Below are positions 37,806 through 45,772 of a stretch of 64,000 nucleotides of DNA, piece by piece. The position numbers were made by a program, and so were the translations under genes. A model generated the notes under the pieces. That model did no database searches. It saw nothing but the letters and a program-made list of their open reading frames with translations, and was not told the DNA's origin. The DNA is from Pyrinomonadaceae bacterium. GTDB lineage: Bacteria; Acidobacteriota; Blastocatellia; Pyrinomonadales; Pyrinomonadaceae. The stretch's first letter is position 1. The number at the start of each line of letters is the position of its first letter. The stretch covers positions 1,026-65,025 of the forward strand of contig JBEVJD010000356.1 of assembly GCA_040510435.1 (NCBI GenBank), written 5' to 3'.

Positions 37806-37928
37806 CTACCTCTTCTTCGAGCCGCCCTTCTTCGAGGCGCCCTTTTTCGCGCCGCCCTTGGCGCCGCCCGCGGCCTTCTTAGCGCCGCCCTTTTTCGCTC
37901 CGCCCTTCGCTGCTTTCTTTGTTGCCAT
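37806..37928 (-). CDS. 40-aa Lys/Gly/Ala-rich highly basic protein (absent from the ORF track)
   Basis: Translation: MATKKAAKGGAKKGGAKKAAGGAKGGAKKGASKKGGSKKR. AAGGAG lies upstream. It has a dedicated near-consensus promoter and terminator in an AT-rich island. Confidence 0.6.
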   Translation of the reverse strand: MATKKAAKGGAKKGGAKKAAGGAKGGAKKGASKKGGSKKR

Positions 37929-37966
37929 AAGCTGTACCTGCTCCTTTTCTGGTTTGGTGTTCCTCA

Positions 37967-37999
37967 CCACAAGATGCTGTGTCAATTTTCATCTTGTGG
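37967..37999 (-). promoter_or_regulatory. Perfect 10-bp inverted repeat in the 5' leader of the small basic protein gene
   Basis: ccacaagatg (37967-37976) / catcttgtgg (37990-37999), lying between the predicted -10 and the start codon. Confidence 0.5.
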
Positions 38000-38030
38000 C
38001 CTAGACTAAAAAGCGCACAACATATTGGGA

Positions 38031-38059
38031 TTTATAAACAGATTAAAAAAAGAAGTCAA
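38031..38059 (-). promoter_or_regulatory. Sigma70-like promoter TTGACT-N17-TATAAA
   Basis: Minus strand: TTGACT (38059-38054), a 17-nt A/T-rich spacer, then TATAAA (38036-38031). It lies about 100 nt upstream of the ATG at 37928. Confidence 0.6.
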
Positions 38060-38079
38060 TAACTTAATTCATTAGCGCT

Positions 38080-38128
38080 AAAAAAAATTCGCGCGCGACG
38101 AAGAGTTGTTTTGCTCTTCGTCGCGCGC
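38080..38128 (-). terminator. Canonical rho-independent terminator ending the pil-like operon
   Basis: Minus strand: gcgcgcgacgaagag-caaaacaa-ctcttcgtcgcgcgc, followed by gaa + T8. Confidence 0.85.
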
Positions 38129-38188
38129 GAACGTGTTGTGTGTGACGTGTGACTCTCTCTCAATCGCGCCGCGCGCGGCGGCGCAGCC

Positions 38189-38854
38189 TCAACGGTAGAA
38201 GGGCGTGAAGACCCAGCGGTCGTGTCGTTCGATGCCGTAGTAGGTGATGATGGAGTCGCGACGGCTGCGGCTGGTCACGCCGATGAAAGGGCCGCTGCTT
38301 GAGATTGAGCTGTCCTCGCCGCCGTCGCTATCGCCGATGCTGGAGCCGATGCCGGTGACGAGGCCGGCGAGCTGTGGGAGCTGACCCGCGAGCGGCAGCA
38401 GCGACGGGTCAGTCGTCGCGGTCGGCGTCCGCCCTTCGGCGTACTCGCTGAGGTCGCGGATGAAGCGCACCAGCGCCTCATCCCGCAGCTTGATGGTGCG
38501 CCACTCGCCGCTCTCCGAGAGCGGGTCGCGCGCGGCGCTGGCGCGCAGCACCTTGACCTTCTTCGTGCGGCCGGCGGGCGCCACGCCTTCGAGCAGCTCG
38601 TCCATCGAGGTCGGCGGCTGCTTCGCGGGGTGGAGGCTGATGTAGAGGCGGATGGCGTCAGCGACCTCCTCGCCGCGGGCGATGGCTTCGAGCTCCGTCT
38701 CGCGGCGCGCCTGCTGGCGCATGCTCGGCGCGGCGGTCATCATCGCGATCATGAGCAGCGTCATCAGCGCGAGCAGCGCGATGAGCGCGTAGCCGCGCTC
38801 GCCGGGGGCCCGCCCGCCCGAGCCGCGTTCGCCTGTTGCGTGTCGTGCTTTCAT
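38189..38854 (-). CDS. Pseudopilin-like protein (GspG/GspK-like N-terminus lacking Glu+5)
   Basis: RGYALIALLALMTLLMIAMM is a prepilin-like hydrophobic N-terminus with Ala at +5. It is followed by a RRETELEAIARGEEVADAIRLY helix typical of T2SS/T4P pseudopilins. Confidence 0.65.
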   Translation of the reverse strand: MKARHATGERGSGGRAPGERGYALIALLALMTLLMIAMMTAAPSMRQQARRETELEAIARGEEVADAIRLYISLHPAKQPPTSMDELLEGVAPAGRTKKVKVLRASAARDPLSESGEWRTIKLRDEALVRFIRDLSEYAEGRTPTATTDPSLLPLAGQLPQLAGLVTGIGSSIGDSDGGEDSSISSSGPFIGVTSRSRRDSIITYYGIERHDRWVFTPFYR

Positions 38855-38879
38855 CGAGTCTGTCCGGGTGCCGCGGGGC

Positions 38880-39815
38880 TCAGGGCTCTTCGTCGCCGTC
38901 TTCGGCGGGGGGCGGCGGGGGCTGGATCGAGCCGGGCGCGCGGCCGGGCACGCCGGGCCCGCCGCGCGTGTCCACGTAGGGCATCGTGTGCTTGATGTTC
39001 AAGTCCTTATCGACGACCTCGACGCCGCGCTCGGAGATGTCCGTGACGCGGAAGCGGCCCTCGACGAGGTCGCCCTGGCGGACGCTGTAGAGCTCGCCCC
39101 TCGCGTCCTTGAGGACGGCGGTGCTGGTGCTCGGGCGCGGGCGCTTGAGGAAGCCGACGAAGGTGTAGGTCGGCGCGGGCGGCTGCATGACGTTGAGCGA
39201 CGCCTCGTTCGAGAAGAGCTGGCCGTCGGGCGTCTGCACCTTGACGGGGCGCGCGCCGGGGGTGGAGATGAGCGAGGCCGGGACGGTGGCCGTGAGCTGC
39301 TGGGCGCTCTTGTACTGCGTCGGCAACTCCTGACCGCCGACGTAGACGCGGTCGCTGGGGCCGAACTTGTCGCCGCTGAGCTGAAGCGTGAAGCCGGCCG
39401 TGCGCGCGAAGACGCTCTGCGGCATGAGGCCGGCGAGCATCTTGTCCGGCGGCGGCGTGGGCACCGGCGTGGGCACGGTGGGGATGGGGGTCGGCGGCGG
39501 CGGGGGCTTGACGTAGAAGGCGAAGATGTTGCGGCCTGCGTCGCCGACGGTGGCGGGCTCGGGGCAGCAGACGACGACGGCGAGGTCGGCGGCGGAGACT
39601 TCGGCGTCGGCCTCGGGGGCCGTGCCGGGCGCCTGCTGCTGCGCCGTCGAGGGGCGCGCGCCGCCGCGCTTGTTGTTCGTGTTGGCGGTCGCCGGGGTCG
39701 GCCTCGAAGGGCCGGAGAGCATGTTGTAGGCGAAGATGAGTGCGAGGAGCGGCAGCGCGATGGCCGCGATCAGCTTGTTGCGCTCAGCCGGTGTCTTTCC
39801 TTCGAAGAGTGCCAT
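38880..39815 (-). CDS. PilP-like protein with Pro-rich linker and an inserted IPT/TIG-like domain
   Basis: N-terminal TM and RNIFAF motif. FTLQLSGDKFGPSDRVYVGGQEL...ATVPASL is IPT-like. The C-terminal AVLKDARGELYSVRQGDLVEGRFRVTDISERGVEVVD is PilP/GspC-HR-like. Confidence 0.6.
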   Translation of the reverse strand: MALFEGKTPAERNKLIAAIALPLLALIFAYNMLSGPSRPTPATANTNNKRGGARPSTAQQQAPGTAPEADAEVSAADLAVVVCCPEPATVGDAGRNIFAFYVKPPPPPTPIPTVPTPVPTPPPDKMLAGLMPQSVFARTAGFTLQLSGDKFGPSDRVYVGGQELPTQYKSAQQLTATVPASLISTPGARPVKVQTPDGQLFSNEASLNVMQPPAPTYTFVGFLKRPRPSTSTAVLKDARGELYSVRQGDLVEGRFRVTDISERGVEVVDKDLNIKHTMPYVDTRGGPGVPGRAPGSIQPPPPPAEDGDEEP

Positions 39816-39858
39816 GACTTTTAATTCGCTCGTCGCGCGTGAGGGCCGCGGCCCGGGG

Positions 39859-40695
39859 CTACTGCGCCGCCTCGGCGGAGGCGGCCGCCCGCCGGAAGTA
39901 TGTGGCCATGTCGAGGCGCAGGCTGACGAGCGCGCCGCGCGTGGGCGCCTGCGGCTGCGTCTGGGGCACGCCGGGCACCTCGCCGTTGGTGACGACGGGG
40001 GGCGCTATTTGTTCCGCCGCGTTCGTGTCAGTGACGCCTTCGAGCTCGACCGTGTTGATGACGACGAACTGCCGGCGGTCGCCCTCGATGTCGCGGATGA
40101 AGCGGCGGAGGTTCGGGTAGTTGCCCTCGACCGTGAGCGTGACGCCGATGCCGGGGAAGATGCTCTGCACGATGCGCTGCGCGCCCTGCTCGCCAGACCC
40201 CTGGCGGCGCGCCCGCTGCGCGTTCTCCGCGCCGGGCACGACCTCCTGAAGCTGCGTGAAGTTGATGCCGCCGCTGATGCGCAGCCCGTTCTTAGTGATG
40301 AGCCGGTTCAGTTCTTCGATGACGAGCTTCGTGCCGCTCGACGCGCTGCCGAGGTTGCCGGTCTCGAAGCGTTCGAGGCTCGTCAGGATTTCCGAGACGC
40401 GCTGCTCGGTGTCCTTGCTCGTGCCGAGGTTGGTCTGCTGGCTCGCGAGCACCTGCCTCAGGCTCGCGTCCTCTGCGTCGAGCGACTGCGTGCGCGACCT
40501 CTGCGGGACGAGCAGGAAGAGGTAGGCGAGCACGGCCGCCATCAGGAGCAGCGCCGCGAAGGCGAGCGCGCCCAGCTCGGGCAGGCCGAAGGGGCCGCGG
40601 CGGCGCGAGGCGCGGAGCGTGTCGAGGCGCGCGCGCAGGGCCGCGCCTCGCGCGCCGGCCCCGCCCGGCCCCGTGACTGCGGTGTCGTTCTTCAA
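39859..40695 (-). CDS. PilO-like pilus/T2SS assembly protein
   Basis: Single TM, coiled coil, and C-terminal VTLTVEGNYPNLRRFIRDIE...FVVINTVEL, typical of PilO/GspM. TTG start 2 nt after the pilN-like stop. Confidence 0.72.
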   Translation of the reverse strand: MKNDTAVTGPGGAGARGAALRARLDTLRASRRRGPFGLPELGALAFAALLLMAAVLAYLFLLVPQRSRTQSLDAEDASLRQVLASQQTNLGTSKDTEQRVSEILTSLERFETGNLGSASSGTKLVIEELNRLITKNGLRISGGINFTQLQEVVPGAENAQRARRQGSGEQGAQRIVQSIFPGIGVTLTVEGNYPNLRRFIRDIEGDRRQFVVINTVELEGVTDTNAAEQIAPPVVTNGEVPGVPQTQPQAPTRGALVSLRLDMATYFRRAAASAEAAQ

Positions 40696-40697
40696 AG

Positions 40698-41357
40698 CTA
40701 CTCGCGCCCCCCCGCGTCCTTAGAGATAGATATTGCGGCGTCGCGCACGGAGGCGGATATGTCGCCGGCCGGCGCGCTGCGCCCCCCGCGCCGCGCGTGC
40801 TGCACGTAGGAGACGCGCAGCAGCCACTCGAAGCCCGACTCGCCGCGCCCGGACTTCTGGTTCTCGGTGACGGCAACGACGTTGAAGGTGCCGGAGCGGT
40901 TCATCGCGTCCATCATGCCGGTCACGTCGGTCGGCGTGCGTCCGACGACCGTGAGGTCGAGGTCGGTGCGCGTCTGGTCGCCGACCTGCGCGACCTCGCG
41001 GACGTTGATGCGCGAGACCTTCACGTCGCTCGGCAGGAAGCCTTCGAGGTCGGAGAAGAGCTGCGACCACGAGAAGCCTTTGCGGCTGATGAGCGCGCGC
41101 GCGGCCTCAAGCGTCTGGTACTGCTCGCGCGGGATGCTCTGCCTGACGGCGTCGGCCTGCCGTTCGTACTCCTTCTGCTGCTCGCGCATCACCACCACCT
41201 GCTTCTCGGAGAGGTCGGCCTCTGCGCGCACCTCGTTGTAGCGGGCGAGGATAAAGACGAGCGCGAGGAGCGAGGCGGCCGAGACCGCGGCGGCCACCGT
41301 CCAGGGCAGGGCGCGATTCCGAAACGGGTCGTTGGCTAAGTTGAGTCTGGAAATCAC
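40698..41357 (-). CDS. PilN-like pilus assembly protein
   Basis: LNLANDPFRNR + TM + coiled coil + ferredoxin-like C-terminus (VKVSRINV...LDLTVVG). GTG start. Confidence 0.72.
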   Translation of the reverse strand: MISRLNLANDPFRNRALPWTVAAAVSAASLLALVFILARYNEVRAEADLSEKQVVVMREQQKEYERQADAVRQSIPREQYQTLEAARALISRKGFSWSQLFSDLEGFLPSDVKVSRINVREVAQVGDQTRTDLDLTVVGRTPTDVTGMMDAMNRSGTFNVVAVTENQKSGRGESGFEWLLRVSYVQHARRGGRSAPAGDISASVRDAAISISKDAGGRE

Positions 41358-41516
41358 TTGCTCTTTCGCTTTCCGAAGAGGTGCGTGCGCGGCAGCCGGG
41401 GGACTTCACCGGACGTTGAAAGGATAACCCGCGGCGAGAACGCACGCAACCGCCCCACGCCCGCCATTACACGCCTCGACCGCGCTGCGGTTGCAGAAAA
41501 AGCAGGAGGCTTAAAG

Positions 41517-41641
41517 GCAAGTAGACAGGAGTCAGGAGTCAGGAGTCAGTAGAAAAGAGAGGCGGCGCGTCTCAACCTCCGGGCCGAGCGCGCCGCCTGG
41601 TTCTTCTACTGACTCCTGACTCCTGTCTACTGCCTACTGCC
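41517..41641. repeat. Heptamer-arm hairpin (GGAGTCA/GTAGTCA mixed) with conserved inner GC hairpin
   Basis: gcaagtagacaggagtcaggagtcaggagtcagtag (41517-41552) pairs with ctactgactcctgactcctgtctactgcctactgcc (41606-41641). Inner aggcggcgcgtc...gagcgcgccgcct (41560-41598). Confidence 0.88.
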
Positions 41642-41643
41642 TT

Positions 41644-42600
41644 TTACGGCCGCCCGGTGGCCTGGCTGACGACGCGCGAGTTGACGACGCGGCCCGCGGC
41701 GTCGAGCGTGAGTTCGATGACGGCGCCGGTGGTGTCGAGGACGCGGCGGACGGTCTGCCCCGAAGGGTTGGTCGTGTCGGCGCCCTGCTGCGTGAGCGAG
41801 CCCACGCTGCCGACCGTGCGCTGGCCGACGACCGTCCCGGCCGTGTCGAGCGTGCGTTCGACGATGTTGCCCGAGCGGTCGACGACCCGCTGGACGGTCT
41901 GGCCGAGGTTGTTGACCGTCGAGTTCAAAAGCCCGCCGGGCTGCGTGACGTTGTTGAGGGTCTGGCCGACGGTGCCGACCGTGCGATCCACGACGCCGCC
42001 CGGTTGCAGAGCCGTGTTGGCGACGCCGCCGACCGTGCCGACCGTGTTGTCCACGCTCTGGAGGAGCCGTTCGAGTATCTGCGGGTTGCGGTCGATGGTC
42101 GTCAGCGTGCGGTCGATGATGGCGGCGACGTTGTCGAGCCTGACCTTCAGGAGCACCTCGGCGCGCACGCCCTTGATGGTGAGGTCAACGTCGTCAATCC
42201 CCACGTCGGCACCCGCGGTCAGTTGCAGGAGGTTGGCGAGGCGCGCGTCCAGAGCGACGTGCGCGCGCAGGTTCTTCACCTTCAGAGTTATCTCTTCGAC
42301 CGAGAGGTTCGGCACGTCTAAGAGCACGTCCGGGTCGCCCGAGGCCGCGGACTGCCGCCGGCGCTCGCTCGCCTCCTGCTGGCGGCGTATGTCCTCCTGC
42401 GAGAGCGGGCGGACGGGCGTGACGGCGGGCGGCGAAGGGCGCGGCGTCGGCTGCTGCTGCGCGGTGCGCGTGCCGGTCGCGGTGGCGTTGATGGAGGCGT
42501 TCGGGTCGCCCTGGTTAGTGGTCGTGGTCGTCTGCGCGTAAGCGCCGACGCCGTGGAGCGCGAGGATCAGCAAGGCTCCTGCTTGAAAGAGCTTCTTCAT
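41644..42600 (-). CDS. Secreted repeat protein (hypothetical), gene C of a 3-gene operon
   Basis: Signal peptide MKKLFQAGALLILALHGVGAYAQ with GGAGG upstream. C-terminal repeats of the type VDRSGNIVERTLDTAGTVVGQR / LDTTGAVIELTLDAAGRVVNSR. Confidence 0.7.
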   Translation of the reverse strand: MKKLFQAGALLILALHGVGAYAQTTTTTNQGDPNASINATATGTRTAQQQPTPRPSPPAVTPVRPLSQEDIRRQQEASERRRQSAASGDPDVLLDVPNLSVEEITLKVKNLRAHVALDARLANLLQLTAGADVGIDDVDLTIKGVRAEVLLKVRLDNVAAIIDRTLTTIDRNPQILERLLQSVDNTVGTVGGVANTALQPGGVVDRTVGTVGQTLNNVTQPGGLLNSTVNNLGQTVQRVVDRSGNIVERTLDTAGTVVGQRTVGSVGSLTQQGADTTNPSGQTVRRVLDTTGAVIELTLDAAGRVVNSRVVSQATGRP

Positions 42601-42678
42601 CGTTCCCTCCGGAAAATGTTTGACGAAAACGTCTCGGTACGGGCGGGGGTTTTCTTGTTCGCAAAACTTTGAAGCGGG

Positions 42679-43116
42679 TTAAGGCGGGGGCCGCGTCGGC
42701 GTGCCGCGGCGCGCATCGAGCAGTCGCAGCACGGGCGCGAGGCTCGCGCGGAAGCGGACGTGCCCGCGCACGTTGCGCAAGAGCACCTCGATGTCGCTCG
42801 CGCGCAGGGTAACACCTACGTCGAGCCGCAGTCCGCGCGCGCCGTCCGTCTCGACCGCGGTCTCGGCGTGGAAGTCCTTCTCGCTGATGCGGCGCACGTC
42901 TATGTTCAGCTCGAAGTCTTCGTCGGCGGTCGCGCCTGCTTCCTGTGTCGGCAGCGGAGGCGCGGCCGCGGGCGCCTCAACAGTCTGCGTCTGCGCCAAC
43001 GCGCCCGTAGACGCTGCGGCGAGGACGAAGCACACGATAGCGGATTTAAGAAGAGACGCGGCCGCTGATTTAAGAAGACGGCCGGCCGCGGCCGAAAGAA
43101 GATTCGTGCGTTTCAA
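42679..43116 (-). CDS. Secreted hypothetical protein, gene B
   Basis: TTG start overlapping the gene A stop (TTGA), with GGAGG upstream. Signal-like AIVCFVLAAASTGALAQ. Confidence 0.6.
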   Translation of the reverse strand: MKRTNLLSAAAGRLLKSAAASLLKSAIVCFVLAAASTGALAQTQTVEAPAAAPPLPTQEAGATADEDFELNIDVRRISEKDFHAETAVETDGARGLRLDVGVTLRASDIEVLLRNVRGHVRFRASLAPVLRLLDARRGTPTRPPP

Positions 43117-43727
43117 TTTCCCCTCCCCCTGCGCGCGAGCCCGCGCCTGTGCCGCGTCGCGGCGGCGTTGTCGGCGGGGGCTTGAGCCGGCGGAGTGTTT
43201 GACTGTGCCGGCGGAGCGTCCGCGCCGGGCGGCTGCGTCGGCGGGGGCGCGGGCGGCGGTATGTCGTCGCTCGGCGGGACTTCGCCCAGCGCCTCCGCGA
43301 CGATGCGGTCGATGTCGGCGAAGACGCTCCTGATGTGGAGCGTGATGCCTATGTTGCGGTAGGTCTCGCCGGGGCGAACCTCCTGCGGCAGGTTCTCGCG
43401 CTCCGACTCCCAGGCGGTCTCGCGCCTCGGCCGCCCCGTGAACTCGACGCGCGGGTTCGGCACCTTGTCGAACCGCAGGGACTCGGCCGTCACGCGCGCC
43501 GTGATGGAAACGTCCGCGCTCGCGTCCGCCTCGCTCTCAAGGGGCGTTCGCGGTTCGCGCGGCGCGGGGCTTGTGCCCTGCCGCGGCGGCGCAGGGCGCG
43601 ACTGACCTTGCGCGCTGGTCTGACGCGGCGCGGTAATCTGCGCCGACACGTCAGACGAAAGTCCCGACGCCGTCATGAAGACGGCGGCGAGCACGAAGTT
43701 GACGAAGGCCGTGAGCCTCACTCTCAT
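43113..43727 (-). CDS. Secreted hypothetical protein with Pro-rich C-terminus, gene A
   Basis: ATG at 43727 with GAGGTGAGG upstream. Signal peptide [22 protein letters not shown]. The 179-codon upstream extension in the ORF track is rejected. Confidence 0.6.
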   Translation of the reverse strand: MRVRLTAFVNFVLAAVFMTASGLSSDVSAQITAPRQTSAQGQSRPAPPRQGTSPAPREPRTPLESEADASADVSITARVTAESLRFDKVPNPRVEFTGRPRRETAWESERENLPQEVRPGETYRNIGITLHIRSVFADIDRIVAEALGEVPPSDDIPPPAPPPTQPPGADAPPAQSNTPPAQAPADNAAATRHRRGLARRGRGN

Positions 43728-43857
43728 CCTCACCTCTAAACTCTGCGCGGCAGACGCGTGCCTAAACAGAGACGTGCTCAAAGGGGAACTCGGAAGGGGG
43801 TTGTTCGGCGGTGCGCGTATGATAGCAGATTCTTTTTGCGCCGCAAGACCCCTGCCT

Positions 43858-44832
43858 TCAGCGGGGCTCGCCGGGGCCGGGGCCGGCGGGGCGCAGGTCG
43901 GGCGGGGAGACGCAGTAGGCGACGACGCGGTTGCGGCCGAGGTTCTTGGCGCGGTAGAGGGCCGTGTCGGCCAGCTCGACCAGCTCGATGGGGTCGCGCG
44001 CGTCTTCGGGGTAGGCGGCGACGCCGAGGCTGATGGTGATGCGGAGTGTCTCGTTCGTCTCGTTGGGCGCGCCGCGGCGCGTGGCCGGGAAGAGGTGGCG
44101 CTCGATGGCTGTGCGGACGCGCTCGGCGGCGACGAGCCCCTGCGCGCAGTCGGCGTTGAGGAGGAAGGCCGCGAACTCCTCGCCGCCGAAGCGCGCCGCC
44201 ACGTCGCCCGCGCGCAGGGCGCCCGTGATGAGCGTGCCAACCTCTTCGAGCGTCTGGCTCCCAACGAGGTGCCCGTGCTTGTCGTTGACCAACTTGAAGT
44301 GGTCGAGGTCCATCATCAGGACGCAGAAGGGTCGCACCTCGGTCTCGGCGCGCGCGGCCTCGCGCCGCAGTTCGGAGAAGAAGGACTTGCTGGTGAGCAG
44401 TCCCGTCAGCTCGTCGTGCGCGAGCAGGCGGTGAATCTGGCGCTGGTACTCGCGGTCTATGTCGTCGAGGAGGTCGAAGCGCAGGAGCTGTTCGCCGACC
44501 GTGAGCTTGTCGCCGTCCTGGAGGTAGGCGTCCGAGACGGGCGCGCCGTTGAGGAGCGTGCCGTTGGTCGAGTTGAGGTCGGTGATGCGATAGCGCGCGT
44601 CGCCCGTGGCTGCGTCGCGCTCGACCGTGATGCGCGCGTGCATGCGCGAGGCGCGCGCGTCGTTGACGCGCACGTCGGCTTCGAGCGCGCGCCCCAGCGT
44701 CACCTCGTCGCGTTCGAGCGGGATGGGCGCGGCCAGCAGTTCGCCGCGCAGGAAGACGAGCGCAGGGTGGCGCTCGCGCGGCGCGGAGAGCCGCGGCATC
44801 TGAACGGTCGTGTCGAAGGGTTCGCTTCCCAT
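43858..44832 (-). CDS. FHA-domain diguanylate cyclase (FHA + GGDEF)
   Basis: FHA: [25 protein letters not shown]...[14 protein letters not shown]: [17 protein letters not shown]...[12 protein letters not shown]. Confidence 0.9.
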   Translation of the reverse strand: MGSEPFDTTVQMPRLSAPRERHPALVFLRGELLAAPIPLERDEVTLGRALEADVRVNDARASRMHARITVERDAATGDARYRITDLNSTNGTLLNGAPVSDAYLQDGDKLTVGEQLLRFDLLDDIDREYQRQIHRLLAHDELTGLLTSKSFFSELRREAARAETEVRPFCVLMMDLDHFKLVNDKHGHLVGSQTLEEVGTLITGALRAGDVAARFGGEEFAAFLLNADCAQGLVAAERVRTAIERHLFPATRRGAPNETNETLRITISLGVAAYPEDARDPIELVELADTALYRAKNLGRNRVVAYCVSPPDLRPAGPGPGEPR

Positions 44833-44959
44833 TTCCAGGCGAGCGGCCGTGCGCGCCTCATGTCGCCGGGCCGCATCTTAGCGCGGGCGCGTGCCCGGCG
44901 GGGAAAAATTTTCGCGCGGCGGCGCGGGGCGCAGACCTTCGCCGGCCGTCGCGCGTTCC

Positions 44960-44988
44960 TTGTCGCGCGCGCGCGCGGCTCCTATAAT
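44960..44988 (+). promoter_or_regulatory. Sigma70-like promoter TTGTCG-N17-TATAAT upstream of ribA
   Basis: ttgtcg (44960-44965), a 17-nt spacer, then tataat (44983-44988). AAGGAG follows, then the TTG start at 45013. Confidence 0.5.
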
Positions 44989-45012
44989 CCGGTCAGAAGG
45001 AGTTACCCGAAG

Positions 45013-45654
45013 TTGAAAGAAGAAGCGACACTGGACTGCCCGTGGTCGAAGCAGGCGCTGACGGTCGAGCGCGTGTCGGTGGCGCGACTGCCGACGGAGA
45101 TCGGCGAGTTCCGCATCGCGGGGTATCGCTCGAAGACGAGCGAGGAGGAGTTCGTCGCGCTCTACAAGGGCGAGATGAACCCCGACGAGCCGACCCTCGC
45201 GCGCATCCATTCGCAGTGCCTGACGGGCGACGTGTTCGGCTCGACGAAGTGCGACTGCGGCCGGCAGCTCCACAGCGCCATGCAGCTCATCGAGCGCGAG
45301 GGGCGCGGCGCCATCGTCTACCAACTGCAAGAGGGGCGCGGCATCGGCATCATCAACAAGATTCGCGCCTACGCCTTGCAGGACGAAGGCGCGGACACCG
45401 TTGAGGCCAACGAGCAGCTCGGGCTCGCCGTTGACCTGCGCGAGTACAGGCAGTGCGCCGAGGTGCTCTTCGACCTGGGGCTGTGCCAGGTGCGCCTGAT
45501 GTCGAACAACCCCCTGAAGCTGCGCGCGATGGAGGAGGCGGGACTGCGTGTCGTCGAGCGCGTCGCGCTCGAAGTCGAGCCCGCCGACGCCGCCATGCAC
45601 TACCTCCGCACCAAGAAGACCAAGATGGGACACCTGCTCGACCACATCGAGTAG
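45013..45654 (+). CDS. ribA: GTP cyclohydrolase II
   Basis: [24 protein letters not shown] (Zn site CxxxxxxxxxxCxC), [22 protein letters not shown] start with AAGGAG upstream. Confidence 0.9.
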   Translation: MKEEATLDCPWSKQALTVERVSVARLPTEIGEFRIAGYRSKTSEEEFVALYKGEMNPDEPTLARIHSQCLTGDVFGSTKCDCGRQLHSAMQLIEREGRGAIVYQLQEGRGIGIINKIRAYALQDEGADTVEANEQLGLAVDLREYRQCAEVLFDLGLCQVRLMSNNPLKLRAMEEAGLRVVERVALEVEPADAAMHYLRTKKTKMGHLLDHIE

Positions 45655-45666
45655 GCGCAAGACTTT

Positions 45667-45748
45667 TTCAACGCAGAGACACAGAGACACGGCTTGAGGA
45701 TATAACTCACCAAGCCGTGTCTCTGCGTCTCTGCGTCTCTGTGTTGAA
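45667..45748. repeat. Octamer-arm hairpin (AGAGACAC family) between convergent genes
   Basis: ttcaacgcagagacacagagacacggcttg (45667-45696) pairs with caagccgtgtctctgcgtctctgcgtctctgtgttgaa (45711-45748). Confidence 0.88.
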
Positions 45749-45772
45749 ATCCCTACCCACTCAACTCAACTT

